Assembly: GCA_002633005.1 (NCBI GenBank)
Contig: NMRA01000119.1
Span: 434,001 to 498,000 of the forward strand
Source of the DNA: Phoronis australis
Taxonomy: Eukaryota > Animalia > Phoronida
Length of the DNA: 64,000 nucleotides
Direction of reading: 5' to 3'
Under the pieces are notes generated by a model. The model searched no databases and was not told where the DNA came from. It saw only the letters and a list, made by a program, of their open reading frames with translations. Of this stretch, positions 39,301-50,864 are shown piece after piece (position 1 is the stretch's first letter; each line of letters opens with the position of its first letter). Position numbers and translations under genes: made by a program.

Positions 39301-42300
39301 CATCAAGGGCATTTCAAGAAAGAGATCTTAAGTTTGACAAAAGTTTTTGACTAAAGTTTTGTCTTTCATTTGGTTTCTTACTGGAGGTGGAAATTTCAAA
39401 GTTTGGAAGTTGAGACAAATCCTATACTTAAGTAAAAAATGAACAGTTTCTTGGAATGGGCCCTGGTCTCAAGCTATGAGTTGCCAGTTCTTTCTAAACG
39501 TAGAATGCACACCTGTTTTGACATTTTGAGACCAGCTTCACAACAGTCTATATTCTAAATCCAAATGTGTTTTCTTTGTGATGTTAGGAGTGTTTGTGCT
39601 CACTTTAGTAGTGGGCAAAAAAGGCAAGCTTATGCAAATTTCTGAAGAAATCTGCATATGACCTGTTATAATTCAGTCCCTTTCAGCTCCTAAAGTACAT
39701 TTAATTTAAGCCTATTTCATGAATTTCTTGCACATTTTTGTCCAAATCTGACTTATTTGAATATTGGGGGGGGGNTGACTTGCGAAGGAATCAAGAAAAA
39801 TCCCTTAGCTCCTGGGTTGGGCTGAAAGAAACTTTTTGATAAACTTCAAGATCGTTGCATGACGTCAAGGGGATTTTTCAACAATAGGAACGTGACGCAT
39901 GATGGTGCGACACCATTGTTACTGTCCAGTTTGCAACTTTTATGCAACAGTTTCTTGGAAGTGACGTAAGACTAAAGACCGAAATTTGACGTTTTTGGCA
40001 GGATTGTCGAAAAATAATAATAATGAAAAAAAAATAATTGCCGGCGGTCTGATACACGTTGTACCAGACGTGCAGAGGCCTCGCATGTGGGCCCATTGCA
40101 CTGATCACCTGGAAATATTTTTATGCTTTATTAATATATGATTAAATCCGAGCTGAGGAGCTAGAAACCTGGCTCAAGGGTTTAGCAGTGTGACCTGGTG
40201 GGACTCGAACCCACGACCTCGAGTAAAGAAAGCGGGCACTTATCAACCAGGCCGCACTGCCTCCTCGAAAAATACTCGAATCCCACAATTCCCTGTTATT
40301 CTAAGCAAAATGAGAAGAGGTACAATGTTGGGTAGGAACCGATATTGGCTAACATAATATATTTTTCTTAGGGTGCCACTGACGTTAAAGCGGTAACTTC
40401 TAATCCAGCTAACATTGCCTACAGTACCAGCGAATTACCACTTCATATGGACTTTCCTTATTATGAGTCAATACCTGGGCTTCAGTTTTTAAGGTGTATA
40501 AGGTATGACAAGCCGCTACACATTTAACTTTAAACATCGCTTTATCGTTTCCATTGGTTCCAGCCATCCTTCACCCGCAGACTCTCACAATATACGAACT
40601 AATACAAATCTTCACTTTCTTCGTTTTCTGCTCACGGCCACCCAGACCGGGGAGCATCCAGTCACAATGGATAAACTTTTCGAAATTGTGACTAATTTGT
40701 TGTTCAATTGATTAAAGTTACCATTTTTTCTATTTTAGTTTTCTTGGTATTAGGGTCCATGCATTTGAATGGAGCCAGGGGCATCCAATAAAATTGCCCC
40801 GGTCATCTCCAAATCTCTGCACGCTACGCCGCCCGTTACACTAAAAACTAATCGGTGTCACAAAGCTCATTATTTGAATTCTAGTATCTCCAATTGTCAT
40901 TCCCAGACATCTCTGTGATTAATTGTGAAAACTGAAACATATTTTTTCTTAAGATTTGACGACTGCGTGATCGGCGGCGAAAGCGTTCTACTGGACACGT
41001 ATTTGGTCGCGGAAGAATTTCGCCAGGAACACCCGGATTTGTTCGACACTCTTGTCAGACTACCCGCCACCTTTCAGAAGATTCATTACGATAGGTACAT
41101 CGCCTAATTCTCGGCTGCTGTACTCATTACCGTCAGTGCTGTGGTGGTAAACTTAGAGGTAAGTAGGCGCCCAAAGCCCACGTATCACCTTGAGCACTGA
41201 ACGTAACTTACGGTGCGTAGGCGCTACGTTCAAATGCCAAAAGGTGGTTGGCTGCGCCTACGTGCGCCTACGCCCCACTACAGCGCTGATTACCGTATAG
41301 CATAGAAACACAAATTTAGCTAGTGAAGGTTGTAGCTACCAGTCATCCATATAATTAGTACAAAGTTCTTGTGTGATTAAGTGACATAATCAGTCACAGT
41401 GAAGCATGATCCGAGCTTTTTCATCTGAGAAACTTTTCGATTTTGCTTCTTGAATTTGCTTTGTAATTTTTTTCACAAAGGTCTGTGACTCCAGTGACCC
41501 TCCTCTTGCCTACTGTTGTATCACGTGACCCCCAAGAGTGACTGCATTACTTTCAAACTCAATTTTTGAGTTTAGGCATAATCTCAATACAGTACTCAAA
41601 AATAGTTGCTCCCCTAAAAACTGCTCAGGTTAGCAGGTATAATTACCAGGTTCATATGACGATTTCAAAGCGGATTTGGTAATTTATGAAAGCGGGCTTT
41701 CTATACGTTAAGTTATGCTGATCTTTCGAAAATTTTGGAGCTCAGAAAGGAGTTATATCCGTTTGTTAATCGAAAACTGGAAACACTATGAGCTTTTCAA
41801 AAGGTTTGGACCTAAAATCAATCAAAACTAAGCATGAACGTCTAGCTATTTATGGAAGACGAGAGAGGAATGCAATCAAACCTGGCTGTATACTCGAGCC
41901 GGAGCTCCATTGGCGTTTCTAGAACTGTTCAAATCACCAATCACGGTACATGGTTTCGTTAGCAAAGGATTATTCTAGAGATGTTGCTCGCTGGTTCCCT
42001 ATGTGTCCGCTAGGGGTTTGAGGCACGCAGGGAACCAGCGAGGAGATGTTACTGTCCCAGTATGCTTCGCCTCATTGTCTGATCACATGCACTTACGAAA
42101 TTAGCTAGCTCTTGAGTTTTTAATGCCGGCTTATGAGCACCACACACGGCGACCAGACAAGAAACACGTGGCGATGTCGCCGCCTCAGTTTCATTTAACT
42201 TTCACTGAAAGTCTTTGTAAGGAATCGGTGATCTGCCATGAAATCAGGAAAACACAACACATTTTGCTGTTTCATAGCTCTGGTCAAAGCTGATACCTTC

Positions 42301-45300
42301 AAATTGTCAATCCTTCCAAAAATAATCCCCGAAGTGTACTTTCTTTTCGGCCGTGAAACCAATTCTGTACTTTTAAGGGAGCCTTTATTATTGAGGTACT
42401 GAGAAAGTCCCGAGATGAGCGCCAGCGCGGAATTCAACCAAACTATATGCTAGAGGAGCTAAATCCCACTACATTTAGTTTATTTCAAGGTTATGTTGGA
42501 CATTAACGGCAAGTCTGGGCATTTAGCTAAATATTTACAAAATTTTGATTTTAACCTTGTAAAAGTATAAATTTTCTGAAAGTAGTAAGGCTGTAGACTT
42601 CAATTTTGAACGTTATACCCATCTGTTATTAATTAGGACCACTGATCATGTCTTTTAGCACAAATTAGCAAAAAAGTACATTCATTGCAAACCAGCCGTA
42701 TCAATAACACGACCATATTTCATTTGATATCAGTGTTCAAAACGAAATCGCAAAAAACGGTGTTACAGTGTTTTGAAATTCATTTCGTTTTCGTTTATGT
42801 AAATGTTATTTTTTATAAGAACCGTAAAAGTCAACTTTTGTTAACCTGTAATGCAAAAGTTGAACAATTTAAAAACAATTCCAAACAGCAGTTTGCAGGG
42901 CCATACATAAAGCTCAATATGAGAAGGTTTCAATTGAATCCGATCAGCCATTTCTCTGATGTAAAATGTTCAAAAGTTCTCCAAACTGGGACATTTTTCT
43001 ACGTAACCTTTTAGGTTAAAAGCGTGTTTAGGGGGTAAAGTCACCTGCCTTGACTGCATCGAATGCCAGGCAGACAACGACAAGAATTGGCGATTTCTAA
43101 TGACCTAACAAAAACAATAGATTTTGTCGTTTTATAGCTCTGGTTAAATCTGATACCTTTTTAAGGGAAGTCTGTCACATCCAACATTTATCTCAAATAT
43201 GTATTTTTGCCCGTCAGACATTCGCATCCCCGTACCGCCAAATGGAATGTAGAAGAATTTTAGGGAGCCATGGCCACCTTGGCCCCCTTAAATCCACTTC
43301 TGCTAATCATCTGGAATCACCTTTATACTTCATTAATGTGTTGTTAAAATCGAGCTGAGGAGCTAGGGACCTGGGACCCGTTCCAAGAAACTAACTTAAG
43401 TTCATTTTTTACGTAAGTCTGAGATTTGTCTCAACTTACTCTGAAACTTCCACCTCAAGTAAATTAGTCAAAATTAAGGCAAAACTTAAGTCAAACGTAA
43501 CGTCTCTTTCTTGAAACGGACTTAAGACAAATTTCAGTTTCATCTTAGATTCGCCTTCTTGGAACGGGTCCCTGACTCAATGGCTAGCAGTGTGCCCCAG
43601 TGGGAGCGGGACTCCAACCTATGACCCTGAGTAAAGGAAGCGGACACTTATATCATTAAGCCACCCTGCCTCTTGCAATTGCATTACTAAGACGAGGGAT
43701 AGTTTGATGCTATTTTTCAAGACAAAATAACAAAAATGTAGACAGGAAATAGTGTTTCATTGTCTATGCAGACCACAACTCTGGTAGGTCAAGATAAAGC
43801 TTACTGCATTGTATGCCTATTAGGCCTATTTCTTTTCTTTACGTAGAGTACATTTTAATCATTTTCATTGGATTCTATTTTTAGAGGTTATCCTGTTCAC
43901 ATGGTGTATCAAAGACCTCATATTGAGCTGAATACACGGAAACAGGTAAGGTTGATGGACTATGCATCCAGTAAGAGCTTAGCCCGTTCTGATGCATCAA
44001 AGACCTCGTATGGAGCTGAGCTCACGTAATCAAGTTATTTTAATGTAGTGGCATCAGATAGCTCATCCTGTTCACATGGTGTAAAAATACCTCATATTAC
44101 GCTTAGTACATGGAACCAGGGTAGAGGACTTTGCAAGGACATCGTGAATGAGCAAGACTTCGCGAGATTACGCGAGACATTGCCGTGTAATTTCAAAGAG
44201 AGCACACGATTTTGGCTGCTGTTTCTCCGCGATACGTCTACTGAACTCTACCCAGGTGAAGTTGATAAAATTTACATTAGGTACGTAGAGCTTATTCCGC
44301 TTAAAAATCTGGTGTATCACAGACCCATATTGAGCTTAGTAACGCTCGGAACCAAGTAGTGCTATTGAAATTTACTTGAAAACTTATCTCGTTCACATGA
44401 GGGTATCTAAGACCTCATATTGTACCAGGTAATATCGACGAAATTTTACATAAGATGCATGTTGTACGACACTGACATGTATGATGGTGGTGGTGTAAAA
44501 TAAGTGACTGGCGTCCTCCCTCTTCTTTCATCCATCAGAATTTCTTTGCCATCTCGATTTCAATATATGTGCGGTAGGCGTCGAGTTTGAGTGCCTGCAC
44601 ATCACCAGTCTCGTAATGTGCCAAACTGCCTCACGTTTTTATTTCAGTGGTAGTACCTTGTAATCAAATTCAGTCAATTTTACGCATTTCAGATACGAGG
44701 AATTGTGTGGTCACCTGCCTTTGAGGGCGCGCTTTCATTGCCACCTACTGAGATAAATGGGTACTATGAAGCTTATTACCAGTTTGGAAAAAGAATTTAC
44801 GAGTCGCCACACACGGTACATCGAAGTACTTCCTTGATTTGAGGATAATGTGACATATACTGTTGCACTCGACACATAATTTATCGCACTCGAGGAATGT
44901 TTTCGCACTCGACACGTACATGTAATGTCGCTCGTACGACAACATATTAAGTAAAATGCTGTCAAAATCACCTAGTGCGACAACATATATGACAAGGTGA
45001 TCTAGGAAAAGAAGATACATTTTGAGCATCACAGGCACCCCAAAACTGTGAATCGAACTAAGTTTTAATATCGGTGTTGGTTTTGTTTTCTGTACACTAT
45101 TCAAAACCTATGTTGATTGGTTCCAAAACATCCGAAATATCAACTAAATTTCAATTTTGGCGTTTCTCTTATCAGTGAATAAGGAAGCACATCCTATCCA
45201 TTTAGTTTTTTCGTATTCAATGAAACTAGCGACAGTACGGTTTGGATATAACGAATTTAGTCGAATTTTCCTCTTGCAAAGTAGGCGTCAGTTCAAATGT

Positions 45301-45769
45301 AGTTTATTTTCCGTGGGCGACTGACCGCCACTTTCATTATTTGTATGGAATCTGTTAAAAGAAAATATACGTGTTGTTGAAAACGAAAATATATTGCGAC
45401 AATAAGAAGTGGAAAAATAAAAATTTTTCCTCCGGACAGAGGGTAATGGAAACTAAATGTTTTGAAGGCAGGTATGACAGCCCAAGCTCTTCTTTTTCAA
45501 TAAGACAATCTATGGCTATTGCCAAAATTTTAATATAAGTTACTTTTTGCATGTTTCAGATTGTGCAAAGACTAAAAGAGGGAGAGATGATATCATTCAA
45601 CAATAAAAGAATGTTACACGGACGACGAGCCTTTGCACTCCATGGCGGCATGAGACACTTTGAAGTGGCCTACGCTCATTCTGACGAGTTCCAAAGCAAA
45701 GTGCATCTTCTGGCACAACGCCTTGGAAAAGGCCCCGTGAAGAGAATTTTTAACAACTGTAACTTCTAA
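30205..45769 (+). CDS. Gamma-butyrobetaine dioxygenase/TMLHE-family Fe(II)/2OG dioxygenase; 10 coding exons, 431 aa, likely mitochondrial
   Basis: Spliced exons 30205-30309, 35836-35921, 37237-37367, 38033-38160, 38270-38449, 40372-40502, 40954-41094, 43885-43945, 44693-44815, 45560-45769; GT-AG, phases consistent, 1296 nt. N-terminal Zn site WLRHNCHCPEC...WGDH, NIAY, HxD (HMD), GGES, FNNKRMLHGR..F, R.F..AY. Confidence 0.92.
31720..31940 (-). pseudogene. Possible relic of a Ginger2/KRBA2-like transposase N-terminus in dioxygenase intron 1
   Basis: SRLVPDEKYARILEVLK...DPN(frameshift)KWLIGKKNTRPLNLPE resembles, from memory, the pre-integrase region of such proteins. Confidence 0.3.
34800..34902. 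repeat. (CA)n/(CACG)n/(CG)n compound microsatellite
   Basis: Direct reading. Confidence 0.9.
35235..35340 (+). repeat. Minisatellite, about 37-bp unit x about 2.8
   Basis: gcatgacaatg(t/c)gacgccattgttgctatagagagac repeated. Confidence 0.9.
35836..35921 (+). CDS. Dioxygenase exon 2
   Basis: SVQASNHVSLENSQKLVTVHWEGQESSS(C); tttgcag acceptor, gtatgt donor. Confidence 0.8.
37237..37367 (+). CDS. Dioxygenase exon 3
   Basis: YNAVWLRHNCHCPECKQVGSGQK... Confidence 0.93.
38033..38160 (+). CDS. Dioxygenase exon 4
   Basis: DKLSITWGDHSGYAPIEWLKLNDYS... Confidence 0.93.
38270..38449 (+). CDS. Dioxygenase exon 5
   Basis: GDMPKLSYDRL...WIEALNDVGLCLITNIP...LRTIYGP. Confidence 0.93.
38689..38925. mobile_element. 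Harbinger-like MITE (GG.CCCGTTCCAAGAA termini); partial copy 39305-39463
   Basis: Same family as 43374-43571 in opposite orientation; right end ttcttggaacgggccc. Confidence 0.75.
40015..40264 (-). mobile_element. tRNA-derived SINE
   Basis: Reverse complement begins ggaggcagtgcggcctggttgataag...ggttcgagtcc (A/B boxes), body shared with 61832-62050, (ATT)n/T-rich tail. Confidence 0.85.
40372..40502 (+). CDS. Dioxygenase exon 6 (HxD motif)
   Basis: GATDVKAVTSNPANIAYSTSELPLHMDFPYYESIPGLQFLRCI. Confidence 0.94.
40954..41094 (+). CDS. Dioxygenase exon 7
   Basis: FDDCVIGGESVLLDTYLVAEEFRQEHPDLFDTLVRLPATFQKIHYD. Confidence 0.94.
41134..41288. mobile_element. 155-bp hAT-like MITE
   Basis: TIR cagtgctgtggtgg / ccactacagcgctg; perfect 8-bp TSD attaccgt at 41126-41133 and 41289-41296. 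Confidence 0.88.
41987..42042. mobile_element. 56-bp minimal member of the CTCGCTGGTTCCCT TIR family
   Basis: Same TIRs as 18987-20830; 9-bp TSD gagatgttg / gagatgtta (one mismatch). Confidence 0.85.
43325..43672 (-). mobile_element. tRNA-derived SINE copy interrupted by a MITE
   Basis: cgagctgaggagctag...ctcaa.gg.tagcagtgtg...gagtaaag.aagcgg.cactta matches 40150-40264. Confidence 0.75.
43374..43571. mobile_element. PIF/Harbinger-like MITE nested in a SINE
   Basis: Perfect 16-bp TIR ggacccgttccaagaa; 3-bp TSD ctg; empty site inferred from the SINE copy at about 40168. Confidence 0.88.
43885..43945 (+). CDS. Dioxygenase exon 8
   Basis: GYPVHMVYQRPHIELNTRKQ; ttttag acceptor, gtaagg donor. 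Confidence 0.9.
43984..44428 (+). repeat. Four degenerate copies of dioxygenase exon 8
   Basis: About 43984-44033, 44060-44120, 44289-44355 and 44384-44428 each align to tcctgttcacatggtgtatcaaagacctcatattgagctg. Confidence 0.85.
44693..44815 (+). CDS. Dioxygenase exon 9
   Basis: IRGIVWSPAFEGALSLPPTEINGYYEAYYQFGKRIYESPHT. Confidence 0.92.
45560..45769 (+). CDS. Dioxygenase exon 10 (terminal; distal His)
   Basis: IVQRLKEGEMISFNNKRMLHGRRAFALHGGMRHFEVAY...; AATAAA at 45891. Confidence 0.94.
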   Translation: MVQRLKEGEMISFNNKRMLHGRRAFALHGGMRHFEVAYAHSDEFQSKVHLLAQRLGKGPVKRIFNNCNF

Positions 45770-47236
45770 ATAGTATGGAGCATCCTTTATTGAAGAAATC
45801 TGTAGCCTTAGGGTGAAAAAATACGCAGTCGTTCTTATTTTTGTTTCAGGTCACCGAGTGATATTCAGGGTTGAGTTCCGTAAACGCAAGAATAAATGTA
45901 ATCACGTGTATGGCTTGGTTCGTAATGCGTGGCGATATCTCGAGAATTCCATGATTTTCGTTTTCATGAGTGCATTACGTCTACGTATATTGGAACCAGA
46001 TTATGCGATGACAGACGCCGGGAAATAGCCACTTTCCGTAATTGTTTACTGCTGTTAGACTGCTACGTTAACACAGACGTTCTCTGGCCTTCTTGGCCTA
46101 CGTCTGAGCAAGGAATTTTTAAAAAGGGGACCCAAGTTAACAATTTGAAAATTCTAGATTTAATACCACTAAAATCAAATGAAAAGGGGATCCAGATCCC
46201 TTGACCCCCTGGATCCACCTATGCGCAATGGTGATATATATGGTTAAGGCTATTCTTAGATTCCTGTCTGTTCGATTTAGCAAAAAGCATCCAGTCGTGT
46301 GTTGCATTACGCTCTTTCTGGAACAATCGCTTTCCACCAGTTCACCAGTGTCGAGTATGTGACACCCTACAAGGCAAAGCGTTCACTCAGCTCGCAAAAT
46401 TCACACAATGGGTAACTACAAATGTATAGTAGTAAAGGTTTTTTCATGTCATGGTTCAGCCCTAAAGTATTTTAGATGTGTTCTAATCATGACAACCTTG
46501 AAGATTTTTGCAAATACGCAAATCGAGGCCGCTTTTATACAAAATTCTATTCTGTAACCTCTTACCAAGCCTACAGTTAGATTGCTTTGATAAATTCACC
46601 ACGTGATTTTAATATGGCTACTTCGGAGGTGGGTTGGGTGAATTATTCAGATTAAGGCACCGGCATGATTGAAAATTCTACTTGTGCTTATTATTACTGC
46701 TGGTATCAAGCACCATAGGCAAATTGTATTGATTCTCTCATGTTTTTGTTTCTAAATGATACGGGTTTGCAGGCTGTTGTATGATAATTTGCATAATTTA
46801 TGCTAATCAAGAAGAAAGCTGGCACGCAGATACGTGCGTCATTTCGTAGCTAAATACACAAAACGTACCGAGAGTGGAGCAGGTGAAGTAATATTTTAAG
46901 AGACATTATGACGAGACCTTCGGTCTGGATCGATACGCCGAATAATGTCGAGTGAGATATTACTTCATCTACTGCAATAGAGCTACGTTTTTTATTTATT
47001 CAATACGCTTCGAATTCCTAAGTTTCTTTCATTTTTTCGGCAGATTTTTTAAATACTTTACTCAGACTGTTCTATATGAATGTACATGGTCGTTAGGTTG
47101 CAACTTTCCTGTAGTAAAAAACGTAGTTTAAATGTAACGATTTATTACTTGGAAAAGAGATATCGTAGATGTAAACATTGGCAACTGTGCATTGAACTTG
47201 TAATATCTCGCGAAAATAGTTACATAACACTGTGAC

Positions 47237-48005
47237 GTATCTAGGATATCACAAAGGGGGGGCCCCAACATTTTGTCTGTAAACATTTGCGCAAAGCACG
47301 ATTGTAGATGCGCATAGCACCGAATGGAGGGGTTTGACCCCCTCCCGCCCAGGAAAATTTTTCTGTTTTTTCCTCTAAAAATCAAACATTTTCCTTAATT
47401 CCTGAAGTATTATGCAAGAAAAAAACACGAAGAACGTGTCAAACTTGAAAAACTGCAATAACCACAGACTCGAACTCACGACCTGGCGGATAGAGCGCGC
47501 GTGCTTTGCCACTGCACCACCACGATTCCGCTTGTAACATGGTACAAAGAGACCTAGTTGTTTATGGTCCACAGCGTTTGCGCGCGAAACCTTCTTCTTT
47601 TTGGAATGCTTATTACACTTTTTACACTTTGTACAATCAATTCGTAACAAATTTGTTGTATTTAAAATAGTCTTCAATTGCCCAAAAGACCAAATCCGTT
47701 TTTTGTGTTGGCATAAATAACGCGATTTCTTTGGAAATCGTTTTACGTTAAGGTTTGACAAAGAGAGAATTTTATGAGTTTCTGGGTGATTCACTAAGGC
47801 TTCGATTAAAATTCACATCTTACCAGCAGCTTCTGTTTTTTCATCGTCACTCAGATTCCATTTTCTTTAAAAAATGAAGTAATTTTCTTCATTGCACAGT
47901 GAAGCATACGACGGAAACGGAGTCGTAGTGCGCTGCGCCACTGCTGGTCGCCTGAGATATCGCGGGACAGCCTATACTTAGCCATAGTTCCGTTACGAAT
48001 GCACC
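47237..48005 (-). mobile_element. Inverted copy of the 12497-13302 element, ending near the gap
   Basis: Reverse-complement alignment by eye. Confidence 0.85.
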
Positions 48006-48041
48006 ATGTTCCCAATTTGATACTTGAAATTGGATCTGAGC

Positions 48042-48267
48042 NNNNNNNNNNNNNNNNNNNNNNNNNNNNNNNNNNNNNNNNNNNNNNNNNNNNNNNNNNN
48101 NNNNNNNNNNNNNNNNNNNNNNNNNNNNNNNNNNNNNNNNNNNNNNNNNNNNNNNNNNNNNNNNNNNNNNNNNNNNNNNNNNNNNNNNNNNNNNNNNNNN
48201 NNNNNNNNNNNNNNNNNNNNNNNNNNNNNNNNNNNNNNNNNNNNNNNNNNNNNNNNNNNNNNNNNNN
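48042..48267. other. Assembly gap (226 N)
   Basis: Run of N. Confidence 1.
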
Positions 48268-50864
48268 CAAGGGGGCCATGGCCCCTCTAAAATTCTCTCA
48301 GATTACATTTGGCAGTTCGGGGGGTGCGAATGTCTGACGGGCAAAATCCTGGCTAATAATCTGCCCTGGCCCCCCTAACTCAAAATCCTGGATCCGCCCA
48401 TGGGGGGGGGGGGAGGCAGGCTCCCTGGCCCCCCTCTTAAATCCGTTTATGTAACAACAATATTTTGATAGTGTAGTTACCGAGGAATCGGCGCCTGAGT
48501 TGCAGACGATATAATATTTAGCAGACAGAACTGTCATACAATTAAGTCCTGTTCCAGGTGTTACGATTGGGACCTTGGATGTTGCGTGTTATTTACACTG
48601 CTGCAATTGTATTACTTTAAACTATATTCGGAAATTTTGATGATCGAACCGGCTAACGACGTCGAGTCGACATTGACCTACCTTTTGAACTTTCCATGTC
48701 AGAGGTCATTGTTGAAGTAGTGTTGGAGATGAATACGGGAAACATTATTACATGGCCGCACTCGACCTATTTAACGCGTGTGGGATAAATGACTTTACTA
48801 ATTATTATTATTTTCAGCATACTGTTATTCAAAATTCTGTTCCTGCTCCGGATAACTTCCCTACAGTCGCTACATGAATATTTTATATATTTTTCACACT
48901 TTTTTGTGGTCAGTGAATTTAACAAAATCAGTAAGGTCATTATAACATAAATTTGCACATGTTAATTGAGACCACCAAGACTAGTTTGGCTCATTATATT
49001 GGTTAGACAACTCTGGATGGTTTGGTAAAGCTCGAGAGACTTTGGAGCAACTGTACCATCTGAAACAAGACCTAAAATTATTTTGAGAAGTGTGCTGCCG
49101 GTATATGGAGAAGCGTCTTACATTTAGTGAAATCACTGCAATCATGCACCCAAATATTCATATGCTTAGCGTTACCTTCATCCCTTATTTGCTTTACATC
49201 CATGACATCAAGCTTAAAATTTTAAAGATTTGTTAGAAAATTTCCAAAGCCAGCAACTGATGTATAATCTGACTTGGCGACATTTTGTCTGGGGGAACCG
49301 CGCAAAGAACGGTTGCGTGGCCGGGCCGAGCCTAAAATATAGGGTGGGCTCGAATTTTTGGGCATGTGAGCGACTAAAAAAACGGGAAACCGATTGCGCC
49401 GACGCTCTAACTGTTTATTTTTTCCCGCAGCCAAGGGGCAGGAACCCGGGCCCCCTGGCCCCTCCTTAAATCCGCCTATGTCATACATGACTTCTAGGGC
49501 CCAGTTGCATAAAAGTTATACGCCGTATAGCATAGGCGGATTTAGGGGGGCAGCAGGGTGCCCGGCGCCCCCCTTGACTGCCGGCTGCCAAAAACAGCAA
49601 GAGCGTGAGGAACTATTGAGTTGATTAATTAACCGCGGTAATAAACATCATGCGGCTGAAACAAGATTTAACAATGTGTGCAGTTTTAGTTTGTGTGTGC
49701 GTGTGTGTGTGTGGGGCCGGGGGGACTCAGACACGATTTCAAGTGTCCGATTCAGACCACTGACGCAATCGAAACGGAACTATGGTTAAGTAATGGTCCT
49801 CCCTGTCGAAATTTGCGTGATATCCGTCTTCTGTTCCACTGTGCAGTGAAGAAAATTACTTCATTTTTTCAAAGAAAACGGAATCTTAGTAACGATGAAG
49901 AAACAGAAGCAGATGGTAAGATGTAAATTTTAATCGAAGCCATAGTGAATCACTCAGAAATGCGTGAGTTAGTGGAAATGGAGGCGACGGTGAGACAACC
50001 TACCAAGTGCTCTGCGATAATTGTACCTCTGCATTAAGACTCTTCCTTGCAGTACAGCAGCCAGTGGCGGATTTAGAGGGGGGCCAAGGGGGTCATGGCA
50101 CCCCTAAAATTCTCCCAGATTCCATGTGGCAGTTGGAGGTGCGAATGTCTGACGGGGAAAATGCTGGCTGATACTCTGCCTTGCCCCCCCGTAACTCAAA
50201 ATCCTGGATCTGCCCCTGGCAGCTGAATGTGAACGAGAATTCAGCAAAATGAATCGGATTGTAACAGACAAACGATTTTGTTTGCTATTAGAAACTACCT
50301 TCAGCTCGCTGTTTGGAAAAGTCAATGTTTCCCCGCTTTCCATGTTCGACCCACAACCTTATGCCACAACGTGGATGATTCGACAACACGGAACAGCTGG
50401 TAGTTCTCAGTCCAGATAACCAAATAAATTGGAAAAGAACAAGATTCCCCTAACATGTGACCATAGCATATAAAATCGAGTTATTGTTTCACAACAGCTT
50501 TCTGTCAGCAAACACTGAATTAGCATGTGCTCACACGACTTCGGTGCTCTGTCAATTACCTTTATTGCATCTAAAGCCGGAAACGCAGTGGTTTATTCAT
50601 TGCTGGCTTCTCAAAACATTTACACTCACAATACTCCAAAGGCATTACAATTTGTATCTTATGAGACAGACTTTGTTTCAGTTTTATATAAGCATTGGTT
50701 ATGGTGAGAATAATTCATGTTGAAACAGAACGCAAAATAATAAACGTCTACATGGCAACTCGCCCGGCGCCAATCCCGACTTAGTCGAGAGCTTATCTGA
50801 CGAAGACTCCACGGGTCGGATCGTTAAGTTCCACAGACTATCAGTTCGAACTGGAATACACTGA

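Noticed and set aside
751-45769. ACP7-like phosphatase and TmpA-fold dioxygenase as a phosphonate/phosphorus-scavenging gene cluster
   Set aside because: The genes are divergent but 19.5 kb apart with repeats between them. The known TmpA pathway needs the HD-domain oxygenase TmpB rather than a purple acid phosphatase, and the predicted compartments differ. Only conserved synteny would revive the idea.
47851-48337. ORFs spanning the N gap
   Set aside because: Artefacts of translating through N.
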